In this document: positions 26,943 to 39,350 of the stretch, piece by piece | Numbering within the stretch: the first letter of the stretch is position 1 | Layout of the letters: each line of letters begins with the position of its first letter | Assembly (NCBI RefSeq): GCF_963921235.1 | Contig: NC_086097.1 | Coordinates: 56,298,001-56,362,000 of the forward strand | DNA: 64,000 nucleotides | Source of the DNA: Mobula hypostoma | Lineage: Eukaryota | Reading direction: 5' to 3' | Translations under genes and position numbers: made by a program | The notes under the pieces: generated by a model | Seen by the model: only the letters and a program-made list of their open reading frames with translations | Told to the model about the DNA's origin: nothing | Databases searched by the model: none

Positions 26943-27669
26943 CTGTATTCCGATTCACTGGGACACATCGTGACCAGTACATTTTGGCCCAATTAAGCCG
27001 CTGTCCTAATTAGCCGAAGTTTCATGCTAATCCTTTTTAAAAGTATAAGGAGCACAACTATCATTTAACTGAGTAACAAATTACGTATTTAAATGAAATA
27101 TAGAACCAATCAGAACACTACCAATATAGTCCTCATGTATTAGTACCTAATTGTATCGACGGAGGAATTCCTCCCTTGTACCTGTACACTTCCATGTTCT
27201 TTTGAGTGACAGTAAACAAACAAAATCATCACAGGCCCCTAGTACAGATAACATTCACAATGATTGTCAATACCATGAAATTCTTCATAGTTCCTGACTT
27301 GCTGACGTAATGAAATCATTTCATTTTTACTCACAGCCATTTCTGGCATCTCCAAGCCTGAATGCTTGAAACCACAGTGAACAAAACAATTCTAAATTGT
27401 ATTGCTATTTTTTGCCAACTGTCAGTGACAAAAGTCACTGTTTTTTGAACAGACTCGATTGACACTATTTAAAAACTGTTTGTTCTAAGCATGGTGTTGT
27501 GTCTAATGGCCACACAAGAGTACGTGACCGATACTAGCTAGAAACTGTTTGGTAACAGTCTCCTGACACAATTAAATGGCATAATGTCCCAAAAATGAAG
27601 GGAAACCCGGCTATTTTCTGAATGAGGTTTTGTTCTTTAAGAGTTGTCCCAATTAACCAGAATCCACTG
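26943..27669. mobile_element. Non-autonomous Tigger/pogo-like DNA transposon, copy 2
   Basis: TA|ctgtattcc ... ttaaccagaatccactg|TA; homologous to 9750-10812. Confidence 0.7.
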
Positions 27670-27922
27670 TATATGCGAGAACATTTTTACAATATTGATT
27701 ACCTCCGCAATTCTGCCAAAAAATAATGGGACATGTTGTCCAGTGTGCCATTTTACAATTTTGTCTTCAGCAGCAAGTGTCCTTCCAACAACTGCCTGTA
27801 CCTCACTGCTTGTCTTCTGTATTGAACTTCCAGTGGAGTTATCATGAAGATCGATGCGGACCTAATGCAAGCATTGCAGGGACAATTTTGAACATATGCT
27901 TTAAAAATTTACAATAATGAAA

Positions 27923-29946
27923 TTTTCTGCAAAAAGACGCTTATGTTTCCTTGTTACTGTGACGCCGAGGTAAGTAAATTTGTTATTCACTTCCTTAAAA
28001 GGGAGGTTATGGAACTCTGACACCTGTGCTTCTCCATTCATTGGAAAAAGTTCACTCTTGTGTAAATTAAGTTTGTATGCTGAAAACTGGCTAAATTTGT
28101 TAAGGAGTGAGAACATGGGGGTTAAGGAGGTGAGTTTCATTAATTTGTTAAATCATAGAAAACAGAGCCTAGCACAGTGGTCACCCCTTGTCCATGTCCC
28201 TGATGGGCCAAATTAATGTTGTCAAAATGAACATCCTTCCTAAATTCTTATACCTTTTTCAATCCATACCAACTTTCATTCCTAAAGCCTTCTTTGACTC
28301 GCTAGACCCAGTCATATCGTCCTACTTATGGAAGGGCAAGCGTCCCCGACTGAATAAAGTCCATCTTCAAAAATCTAAAAGCGTTGGGGGCATGGCTTTG
28401 CCCAATTTCCGCTTATATTACTGGGCAGCTAATATACGCCGTCTCATCTTTTGGTCTCATTTTTACAACCAATCTGACTGCCCAATATGGGTGGCAATGG
28501 AGCTGAACTCTATGAAGAATTTCTCCATCTCTGTACTGCGTGGATCCGCACTCCCTTTTATTACGCCTGAACCAATTGTTAATCCTGTTATCAGGCACAC
28601 CCTGAGAGTATGGGCTCAGTTCAGGAAGCATAGTGGTCTCCATGGCTTCTCTCTTTCAAGCCCTATTCTATATAATCATCTCTTCCTGCCTTCTATACAT
28701 GATTCAACATTTCAAGACTGGTATAGAAAGGGCATCAGGCGCCTTAAAGATCTTTTTATAGACAACTGCTTTGCATCATTTGAACAACAGTCTGCACAGT
28801 TTAACCTACCCAACACTCATTTCTTCAGATATTTGCAAATTAGACATTTTATCAGCCCTTTGATATCAACTTCCCTGAGGCACCCGACACAAACGTCGTT
28901 GATATGTTTCTCCGCATGAATCCATTGTGCCAAGGTCTAATATCTACTATTTGCAACAAGCTAGTGGTCGTGAGGCGAGTCCCCCTTGACAAAATTAAAA
29001 CTGCCTGGGAGCAAGATTTAAATTTCTCACTGTCAGATGATGTATGGGATTCAGTTCTTAAGTTAGTTAATTCAACCTTTTTATGTGTCCGCCACTGCTT
29101 GTTACAGTTCAAGGTCGTACACAGGGCCCATATGTCTAAAACTAAATTATCTCGCATTTAACGAGATGTTAATCCCTGTTGTGACAAATGCAAATGGGGC
29201 AAGGCTTCCCTTATTCACGTGTACTGGACATGCCCTAGCTTGGAAAAATACTGGAAAGATGTTTTCCAAACTCTATCCCAAATACTTAATTATAATTTGG
29301 AACCTAACCCTTTGATTGCTCTTTTCGGCACCTCCGGAGAGGGGGACACGCACCTAAGTCCAACCAAACGTCGCACAGTCTTTTGCCTCTGTTTTCTCCA
29401 GGCGCGCAGTCTTGCTCAGCTGGAGGGATGCTACCCCGCCCACCCACGCTCAGTGGCTCAGGGGCATCATGTCCAGTCTACACCCTGAGAAGATCCATTA
29501 TTCAATTCTCAACTCGGACATAAAGTTCCAAACGGTGTGGGGACCCTTTCTTGAATATCTTCAGAATTCCCAGCCAAACTAAAGGTCCATCCTTTCTTCC
29601 TTTCCTCTGCACATAAATCCCTGACTTCCAGCATTTCCCGGTGAAATTCTACAGACCCAGACTTGGAAACATACAACAGTTTATGTATTAGGAAAATACA
29701 CCTTCTCTATACCAATGCAGCTCTGTGGGGACAAAGGTTCTGTTTAACCCTTTTTGCTAATGCAACGCTGGCTTGGAGATGGGGATTGGGAGGAGTGGGT
29801 TGGGGCAGGGAGGCAACTAAAGCATGATTGTACTATGGGTGCATCTCTTTCATAGATGTAAATTGTACATTTGATACATTTGTTATGAACTGCACAAATG
29901 TTCTCTTTATTTAAAAAACCAATAAAAATATTAGAAATTTAAAAAA
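27923..29946 (+). mobile_element. L1 retrotransposon, 5'-truncated with inverted 5' segment (27923-28134 minus; 28135-29946 plus)
   Basis: ORF2 motifs FSAYKLNLHKSE..FTYLGV (minus) and GQINVVKMNILPKFLYLFQSIP, GGMALPNFRLYYWA, LLQFKVVHR and a Cys-rich finger (plus). AATAAA and A-rich tail. TSD ttacaataatgaaa (27909-27922) / ttataataatgaaa (29947-29960). Confidence 0.9.
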
Positions 29947-31068
29947 TTATAATAATGAAAGTGTCCCTAATTCTTATGTATCAATGTTTTCAAACTGGAG
30001 GCACAAGGAAAATTAAGAAGAAACCTTGGGCTGCAACTATTGCAATCAAAGTCCAAACAGATTAACTTCCACATGATTTTCAAAGTGGGTTTGATGGATT
30101 TTGAAGGGATGTACACGTACCAGAGAGGAGTTCATTGATAGGTGAGGCCTAACAGAATGAAATGCATTTTGTTTTTTTTTGTTATAAACAATGATGATTT
30201 GGGTAACAGTCCTTCACTAAATGATTAGAAATAAAAACCTATTAATAGTTTGATAGCAAATCGCATTGTACCAATTCATGTGCCAAAGAAAGAGTTATAT
30301 AAAAGTCTGAAAATCATTAGTAGGGATCTTTCAAACCAATTTCCTTTATCTTCATTATATGAAGGAAGCAAACAAAATCAATCTTGAATAATCTGATCTT
30401 TTGATTGTCTTATTGTGGTTTAAAGGATCATAACATTTTAATTTATCCAGCCATCCTTGACTCACCTTCCCTTAGGCATTCAGCTGTTTCTTGAATAGTT
30501 TGTATTGGTATCTTCACTACCGCATAACTGAAAATTTCTTTCAGCTCTAATTATTCTTCAACAGTTTATAAGAGGAGCTTATTTAAAAAATCACCAAAGA
30601 GTGGCCAGTGACATGCTGATATTAAAACATTATTTGTATGCCCTTGAGTCATGGAAGTTTCATTTAATTACCATTAACTGCATGACAGAACACACAGGGC
30701 TCCACGCTGAACTAGCTGTTGAAAATCACACTATCCCTCTTACCCTGGAATCTAACTGTGGCCAAGTAACATACTTCGCTTCCCCAATCTTCTATTAACT
30801 TCCAGGATATGCTGCCACTCCTACATGTCAGGTGCACCAATTCATGTCAGCATTGAGTTTACCATCTGCTGGCAGAAATACTGCAAGCTTCTCTGTGACA
30901 TGCTCAGTAATACAGACCAGCTGCCGCTGGATCACTGTGAGGGGTTGGTCAGAAGAGACAATGGCACCTGCTTTTTCTTGGTAAGACATTATGTCCATTG
31001 CCCACCTAGACTAATCCCTCCTGGGGAGATAACACTGATGGAATGGCAATGATGGGAGCCAATGTGTG

Positions 31069-31197
31069 TGTCCCTGCTGAAGGGTCTTGGTTCGAAACAT
31101 CGACAGTACTCTTTCCCATAGATGCTGCCTGGCCTGCTGAGTTGCTCCAGCAGTTTGCGTTGCTCGGATTTCCAGCATCTGCAGATTTTCTCTTGTT
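31069..31197 (+). mobile_element. Penelope-like terminal repeat fragment with hammerhead-like core
   Basis: cctgctgaagggtcttggttcgaaacatcgac...gatttccagcatctgcagattttctcttgttt. Confidence 0.7.
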
Positions 31198-31220
31198 TGC
31201 CAATGTGTACTTAATGGGTT

Positions 31221-31989
31221 GGATACCTGAGGAGCATTCTTTCTGAGGATGGCGGCATTGACAATAACATCCAGAGCCACATTAAACAGGCATCAGCTGC
31301 CTTTAGGAGACTTCGGCGCAGAGTCTTTCAGAACAGGAGCCTTCGTCCCTCCACAAAGGTTGCCGTATACCAAGCGGTCTGTGTCACCACCGTCCTTTAT
31401 AGCTGTGAAGCTTGGGTAACCTACAGCCGTCACATCAAGTCCATGGAGCACTTCCACATAAGCTGCCTCCAGCGCATCCTGGGAGTTACCTGGCGTGAGC
31501 GGGTGCCTCACACTGAAATACTTGTAAAAACCAACTGCAGGAGTATTGAGGCCATGATCACCCAGCGTCAGCTGCAGTGGCTGGAGCACATGATAAAGAT
31601 GCCCCCATGTCAGCTACCCCGTAGAGGCCAGCTACATCATGGTCAACACTCAGCTGGAGGGCCGTAGAGGCGCTATAAGGATCAGATGAAGAATGCTTTA
31701 AGGAAGTACAAGATCAGATCCAAGGACCTGGAGGAGGTTGCTGCTGACTGTGCCACTTGGCGACAGCTGTGTAGGGACGGGTTTCGTATTCTGGAGATGG
31801 AAAGAACAACCAGAAGACAGCAGAAAGAGCCAGGAGAAATGCAGCCATGGTTGCCACCACTACAATATATACATGTCCCACCTGCAATAGAGCTTGTGGG
31901 TCCAGGATAGGACTGTATTGTCATCAAAGATCTCACCGTTAAAGGAGTGGACGTCGTGATCGGATTTCGATGGGCAACTGAAGAAGAAG
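31221..31989 (+). mobile_element. RTE-clade (BovB-like) LINE, 3' fragment
   Basis: IKQASAAFRRLRRRVFQN...LYSCEAWVTYSRH...FHISCLQRILGVTWRERVPHTEIL; (GAA)n tail; exact 8-bp TSD aatgggtt at 31213-31220 and 31990-31997. Confidence 0.85.
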
Positions 31990-32999
31990 AATGGGTTAAC
32001 TGGTTCCATTTCGTATTGTAATAAGTAACTTGGAGAGGCCGGGTTGAGTGAGGAAGCGTCTCAATTATTGTAGTGGTGTACCACCTGAGGGAGCCACATT
32101 AGTGGCAACAGTCCTGTTGGTTCTAAGAAATGTAATAGAACACTACATAATGCATTGAATAGGAATGTATGAACGAAATGTTCCTAATGTAGGAATGAAA
32201 AATACTTGTCAAATAAAAGTAAATGTGCAAAGAAGATTTTAGCTCTTATACTGTTTACCTTTACAATTTCATCATTTCTCTGGCGTGGGCAACATTACCA
32301 GAAAACTGGGGTTGCATTTCTCTCAACCTTGTTTTGTATCCAGATTCAACTAAAAACTATTCCTATGGTTTGTAAATAGTATAACGGTGATACATCACAC
32401 ATGTCTAAAGTGAACTTTTTGATCTCAAGGTAAAACTTCCCTATAGAAGCACTGAATCTGAAATTTAAAAAAATTTAAAAAGGAAATTTTCATTGGGTCA
32501 CTCAAAGACTTGAAATGTTAACCTCTGATGCCCGATCTGAGTGCTTCCATCATTTTTGTCTTTACCCTTTAGAATTTTTTGAATTGACCATTATCCTGAT
32601 AAGGAAGATGATAATTAATATTTGCAGTATCAATTATTTCCTACTTTAAATTAAAGAAACATTCAACGAGCGCCTCACTTTAGAATATTTTACATAATTT
32701 GTCATAATCAGGCACAACATATGATCAAAAATAGAAAAATAACTCAGCGGACGGGAATGCTTATAATACGTTTAAGTATTTCACCATTAGCAGAGCCAAA
32801 CTCACATAAGCGACATTGCAATGATAGAAACACCCGACAGATCAGGAAGGTTCAGTGTTAAAAGCAATATAGAGTAACTACAGCTGCGAATGAGTAGAGG
32901 ATAAGAAAGTTTCAGATTATTTTTAAACAAAGCATACAGACGCTTGCATTTATCCCACCAGGAAAACATGAAGAGTTTTACACCTTCGCAGCTACCAGC

Positions 33000-33460
33000 C
33001 CTCAGTCAGTCAAAGGTCAACGTCGTAAAAAGTTAATAAAGGCGGAGAGCGTGCCGTATTTACGACAGCGGTTGACGTTACCGGGGGCAGTGAGGTCGCG
33101 CGGTACATTTCCTTTACGGCAGTGCCTGGGTCGAGAGTGGATACGGCCTCGAGTGACGGGCTGCGGGTTGGTGCTGCTTGTGCCGGGAGTTTCTCTCGGT
33201 TTTCAGTTTCTTTCTCACCTCCCCGACCCTTATTTCTTTATTTCCTGTAATAGTGCCGGTGTTGGGCTTCACCTGACAAACCCGGCTTGGCCTGCTCTGG
33301 TCCACCACCTCGGGATGTTCGAGTACAACAAGTAGCAAGTTTCTTCCCCCAGCCCCCCATCCTCCCCGCCCCACCAACCCCTCACCCGCGGTTGCATCCG
33401 CGTTTCCCCCCTTCTGGCTGATTCGCCCACATGCTGTCGCGGCATTTCTTCACTCTTTAG
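33000..33460 (+). promoter_or_regulatory. NAA30: CpG-rich promoter, probable non-coding first exon and short first intron of NAA30
   Basis: Abrupt rise in GC and CpG from ~33020. GC-box-like ggcgga and ccccgcccc; CRE-like ttgacgtta. Strong acceptor atttcttcactctttag ends at 33460, so the exon starts one base (33461) before the ATG. TSS and first donor are not determinable. Confidence 0.7.
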
Positions 33461-33461
33461 G

Positions 33462-34211
33462 ATGTCGGACCTGCCAGCTGGGCCCAGCGTGCTTTCCCCA
33501 CCCCTCGCTGAAATTTCGGCCTTTCCCGCTGCTCTCAATCACTCCGCAGGCTATGGCCAGCTGTCCGAGCCACAGCAGAGAGAGAACAGCGAGAAGCAAG
33601 AGGCCACCTTGCACGGTTCGGGGCAGGAATGTGTCGACGAAGTTGGGCCGAAACCGGCAAATAGTGTTCTAGCCTTTTCGGAGACTACCCGAGCGAAGAA
33701 GGGTGTCCTGCACCTTCATCATCATCATCAGCAACAGCGAGTACTGAACGGCTGCGTTATTCTCAACCCGGAGCTCCAGTACAAAGCGGATCGCACAGCC
33801 CGGGTCTCCAGTGCAGAGGCCGGCGCCGAGTTTAACGCGGGACTGTCACTGTCCCAAAGTGGCAGAAGGAAACCTGACGCCAGCAATTGTGGGAATCCCG
33901 AAGTGAACCATGCGAATCAGAGGACTGCCGAGGCGGCTGAGGCCGACTCTAAAATGCCCAGGGATGGACTTGATCGGATTGGTGTCCGGCCGGATGACGG
34001 GGATCAGTCGTGCCTGATCGCCTCGGTAGCCGCTTGGAGCTTGCATGCCCAGCAGGAGCCCGACACAAACGAAAGGATACGTTACGTTGGCTATGAGTCA
34101 GAGTTGCAAATGCCGGATATAATGAGGTTGATCACGAAGGATTTGTCTGAACCCTATTCCATTTATACCTATAGATATTTTATTCACAACTGGCCACAGC
34201 TTTGTTTTCTG
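33462..34211 (+). CDS. NAA30: N-alpha-acetyltransferase 30 (NatC catalytic subunit), coding exon 1
   Basis: ATG at 33462. Low-complexity N-terminus, then [45 protein letters not shown]. Donor CTG|gtaagt; 750 nt, phase 0. Confidence 0.97.
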
Positions 34212-35170
34212 GTAAGTGTGGTAGTTGGGGAAGGGAAGGTCGTTGTGGAATATATGTGTTAAAATGTTAGTCAAGTGAACTACTTTCCATCAAGAACCAA
34301 TTTAAATCGTCATTCTATCGTTATATTCTAATCCTTTTTTTTAACAAATTAAATCGAAATCTCAATCGGACTGTTGATAAAGTACTTCGGTCCCTCTGGA
34401 CTGCCGTGGCGTGCCGGTGAACGCCATACAATTCCCTCTGCAAGGACACCCGGGGGGAGAGGCAGGCAATTGAGCTACCTCCTCAGCCTGATGCCGGTAG
34501 AGAGGCCTTGCTTAGGCCAAGGAGGCTAGATAGTCCCCGTATGTACAAAATACGGAGAGTGCAACTGAAAACTGAGAAGCAGTCCTTCGCAAGCTCGCAT
34601 TTAATCTATAGGATATTCCGAGATTGTTTCATTAACTGTATAAACTTTAGACATTTATAGATTTAATGCTTTTATGGACAAATTATATAATGCCTCGAAT
34701 GGAGTACCTTTCATAAGAGCTGAATATTAACTGCAAAGTTGTTACTATTCTGTGACTTCATTATGAAAGGCACCCTCAGTAGCTGGGAATTTTGATGTCA
34801 ATGCGTCCAGTTTTACATCTACCTAGGCTTTGAACTTCAAACATAGAAGACAGTTTTCAATGTGTCTGGTCTTTAACTTCCTAGTTCCATTTCATACGAA
34901 GACCAAATTAAAAGTTGAAGGCCATTGCAGTAGTGTTTGGAATGAATAAAGTATACTGGCATTTAATACATTGTTAAATTTTATTTGAGGATGCTAATTT
35001 TAGCATGTTTGTAATGTTACAGTTTTAAGTACCTTGTATTTTGGTAGTTGATATAACTGATGTGAAAAGTCATTTTAAGCAGAATTTTTAGTTTTCCCTA
35101 AAACAATGTTTTTGATTCATATTTGCAAGCTCACATTTATTTGCTACTGCAAGTGACCAAGATTTTTTTC

Positions 35171-35268
35171 AGTTGTCTAACGTAGTATGAAGTTGTCTAA
35201 CGTAGTATGAAGTGCTATATTTGGATAATACAGTACAAAACATAGCTACTGTATTATCCAAATATAGC
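35171..35268. repeat. 20-bp tandem duplication adjacent to a perfect 22-bp inverted repeat
   Basis: agttgtctaacgtagtatga x2 (35171-35210). gctatatttggataatacagta (35214-35235) pairs with tactgtattatccaaatatagc (35247-35268). Confidence 0.95.
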
Positions 35269-36254
35269 CACAGAGATTGTTCATATGATTGAGAAAATCG
35301 TTAATACATTAATTGCAGATGAAAAATCTGTTATTGTATGATAAATAACAAAATGCATAAGACAAATGTCACATTCAAAAATTTATCCAGAGTTGAGCTT
35401 GTGCACTTTAATAATTCTTCTGCTTGCTGTCCATTCAGACTTAGTTTATTTAAATTAGTTTTTATTTCTCATGTGTTTTGGTAATCGTTCCTAAGTGTAA
35501 TTTTTCTTTTGTTCTGTTTGAACTGCCACTGTCCTGTTACTCAATTCCTTTAATAACAATTCATTCACTTCCTGTGAATGAATTGAAAGCATTTTTAAAG
35601 AAGACACCATTGTTTAGGGAGCATACATTACACATAGAGTAATATGCCCTAGTTTAAAAACATGGCACCTCCACTGATGAAGCAGGTGGCTTTGGAGCTG
35701 TTCCAGTTTCCATATTGCTCCGAATGGAATTGGATTTTGACCCAACAGGGTAGTCTCAACAGGCCTTTCATGAGGTCCTTAAACTGCAGCATTTTTGAAG
35801 GATATTTTGCAGAAGCAGCATAAATTTGGTACAATTGTTTTAATAAAAAAAACAGTTGGGAGTGGAACTAATGGGAACTGAGTTTTTCTTGTGCACTATG
35901 TTGCTCATGGCATAGCCACAGCTTCCATGAAACACCGATCTTAACTGTAGTTAATTTGTTAATATTGCTCAATCCTAGAAGTTATTTCTAATTTATTATT
36001 CACTGTAGCCTGGTAATTCCATAACTGTGTTACATAGCAGGTAGATCCTAGATTCTGACCCTGTATACAGAAATTTACTGCTGTATAATCAACTCAATTC
36101 AGTTTTGTTTGAAACTAAATTAAATGAAAACTTTGAAAGATTTCTGACGCATACAGACATGATATTTGGGATAAATATAAACTTCTAATTCTTCTTGTCT
36201 TGAAAAGTTATAGTTGTTATGAAATTGGAATTTGTATGTGGCAGTACTAATAAT

Positions 36255-36760
36255 TCAAGTTCCAAGTTATTGTCTTTCAACCATACACATGTATACTGTC
36301 AAATGAGACGATGTTCCTCCAGACCAAGGTGCACAGCACAATACCTATAACTCACACACAACACATAAAATAATATTACCACAAGTAAACTAACAAATAA
36401 GGTGCATGTAGAATACAAGTTTAAAAAGTTAGCAGTATAACACTGCTGGTGCTTTATATGTGAGGAGACCTGGCTGGAAGCAAGGAGTTCAATAATCTTA
36501 TAGTCTGGGGAAGAAGCTGTTTCCCATTCTAACAGTTCTTACCCTAATGCTATCCTGCCTGATGGGGATCAAAGAGATTGGACAGATGGGAAGGATCATT
36601 GGCAATACTAAAGGCCTAATGTATGGAGTGCCTCTGACAAATATCTCTCATGGGTGGAAGAGGGACCTCGATCTCACAATCCTTTGTAGGGACTTGCAGT
36701 CAGATGCCTTGCAATTTCCATATTAGATGGTGATGCAGCTGGTCAGAACACTTAGTGAAT
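36255..36760 (-). mobile_element. Rex1/Babar-like LINE 3' fragment
   Basis: Begins ttcaagttccaagttattgtc (reverse of an aataa-(cttgaa)n tail) and contains gggaagaagctgtttccc and gtgatgcagctggtcag, typical of antisense Rex1 ends. Confidence 0.5.
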
Positions 36761-37032
36761 TTCAAAATCTTTTGTGAATGCACTTAAGAAAGGTAACATT
36801 TTCTTTTTGTATTTTATCGGATATTTAACATTGTCACAAATTTAGGGATGCTTTTTTAATTTTCAGGAACAATAGACATTTTGACGTGTTGCTTTTGACA
36901 TGTCAGAAGTGACCACAACAATTCATTAACTTGATGTGGAATTATTTCCTGTGGAGACAAATATTGTTAATAGTGACAGTTGAGTATCTGTTTTGAACAA
37001 CATATGTATTATGTTTGTGACTCAAAATTTAT

Positions 37033-37350
37033 GGCAGGTGGTGCCGCTATTAGAACTGCTGTCTTGCAGCTTCAACAACCTGGATTCAATTGTGATCTGC
37101 GTGTTGTGTGTGGAGTTTGCATGTCCTTGCTGTGCCTGTGTGGGTTTTGCTCTAGGTGTTCCAGTCTCCACTAACATCCCAAATACGTGAATCTGTAGGT
37201 TACCTGGCCACTGCAAATTGTCCCTCATGTAAATAGAATCTGGAAAACGTTGTTGGGAAGGTGTGAAGAATAAAATGCGGTTAGAGTGTATGTAAATGGT
37301 CTGCATAGAGTAAGTGGATGAAAGGGTCTGTTTCCATGCTGGGTGACTCT
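37033..37350 (+). mobile_element. V-SINE (HE1-like)
   Basis: tRNA-like head, gtgtggagtttgcatgt V-domain, and CR1-like tail gaaagggtctgtttccatgctg..tgactct. Confidence 0.65.
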
Positions 37351-38709
37351 GATACCATGGTAACATAAGGTAACATCTTCCAGATGTTTTTCATCCATAC
37401 CACTGAATGATGCAACATGTTTTCATAAAGCATTACAGCACAAGAACTGCACAATATATTCCAAATGCAACCAAATCAAAGCCTTATACAGCTGCAATGT
37501 GACTTGCAAATTTTTGTACTCATTTCATTTTCAGTTGAAGGAGGAAAAGGAGATCCAGCAGAACCACTCAGTGTATCTGTATCAATTTGCAGAGCGATGC
37601 CACATATGACTCATAACTGTGATTCTTAAAATAACCTGCATCAAATTCTCTGCTCTGATCAGTCCTTCAATATTATGTGCAGTTTGTTCTTGAGTGGGTA
37701 TAAAACACTGCAGGGACAGTATAGGAAATGAGAGAAACGCATCTGAAAGATAACTAAAATCTCACTTCCAAATATTGGAGGGATCCATCTCAAGAAAAGG
37801 AATTTGATAGTTCAGAATTCCCTGTGAGTAATGCCATAGGAGAAGGCATCATCTTATTTAAATACCTCATTGGGGATTGCATTGACCAAACCAGTTGATA
37901 GCCAAGAGTGGAAACACTTCTCCACCCTCAAATGCCACAGAACCTTTTTCACTAACCGTAACATTTTACTTCTCTTGAATCCTCCTGCCATGGTCCAAAA
38001 ATGCTTTTCCCACTTCGACCGTTGAATATAAATTTTCAAACTTTCTAGTGAGTAATTTTTAGTGACGTTCAGTGCTGTAGTTTAATTAAAGATTTATTTG
38101 ATGTCTGTTAAAGTGTTCTTAAGTTTGGTAAAGTATCTTGTAAGTTGCAAGTATGTACCATCTGTTGCTTGGACACAAAGTTCCCATGAAAAGTTATCAT
38201 TAACTTGAGGCATGACTTCATAGCTTCAACATTTTAATCTATATGGGTAGAAAGTGAATGTTTCAATTATTTGCTTTTAAGATGATATGTTGACTATTCA
38301 GTCCTCATGTGCTTTGTATCCAGATTAGTAAAATGAACAAACTGGCTTAAATGCACCCAACCTTTGAGTAAACTTGCTAATTTGTGGAATTAAGGAGAGT
38401 AAGAGCAGAGTTTTATACCAATTTCCTTATTGCTGGTTCAGAGGAAACTTTAATCCCATTAATCAGGCTTGCATTGGAACCCAGGTCGCTGAAACGAAAT
38501 AAAAATTGCTTGAAATTCAAAGTGCTGTTTGGGCATTCTAAAAGTTGTGTGTTTTTATCTTGTTAGAAATAATATGAATATTTGAGAAACAAAAAATCCC
38601 TGAAGGAATATAATGTTATTGTGTAAAGAATTGCAAAAAAAAATGTGCAATACAGTCAAAAGCAAAGAGATGTGAAAGACAGTTTTAATTACTCATAAAA
38701 ATGTGAGAT

Positions 38710-39350
38710 CTACAGGTGGGATGCGAGAAGCAGCCTTTCCCCAGTGGGATGACAACTCATCCCATTTGTTAAGGCTGGTAAGAGTGCTGAATGCACCTGC
38801 CCAAGAGCTCCTTCAGCGAAGAGTGGAGCACGAGGGCAGCTCTCAGCAGACAGCTACAGTTCCCCGCGGAAGTCACCACCACATCTCTCTGCCCAGACAG
38901 AGTACTGTGGTCCACAGCCGCCAAGACAACATTGAGTTAACCATCCCACGGGAAGGAGGAGTGGAGGCTTGCCTATGAGTGGAAGAGGCTGCAGTACTCA
39001 GACCCGACAGCTGAGTGTAAGGAAGCTGGTTGGAGGGCCATCATCTATCCTCTGGAGGTAGGAGCTGGGGCATCGACAGCGTTACTCTGTGATATGGCAG
39101 TGACTGGAGCGAGGTTCAGGAGGGCCACCAGAGAGTTGGCTCAACAGGCAAAAAAGGGCAGCTTTTAGCTGTGGCTGAGAGGAAAGGACAGAAATAGGGG
39201 GACTGACTAATGCTCCTCCACCAGGAGATGTACCAGGGTTAAGGGAGTGAAGCATCAATGAGCGGTGGTCCACGGCTGATGATGACCCTGCAGCTGACCT
39301 AAGGGCACGTTGGAGGTGTGACAGGCAGCAATGCCAAGCTGGAAACAACA
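38710..39350 (+). mobile_element. RLE-type non-LTR retrotransposon 3' fragment (HERO-like)
   Basis: Frameshifted restriction-like endonuclease motif: LCPDRVLWS..., IELTIPRE..., YSD..AECKEAGWRAIIYPLEVG. Confidence 0.65.

Noticed and set aside
33431..33460. Upstream ATG as a uORF of NAA30
   Set aside because: It lies just before a strong acceptor at 33459-33460, so it is most likely intronic.
34212..34262. C-terminal [16 protein letters not shown] of the 266-aa ORF
   Set aside because: Intron read-through past the gtaagt donor at 34212; the conserved sequence continues at 42447.
39235..39290. Hammerhead ribozyme in the HERO-like 3' UTR (ctgatga present)
   Set aside because: No intact GAAA, UH cleavage site or consistent stems could be assembled.
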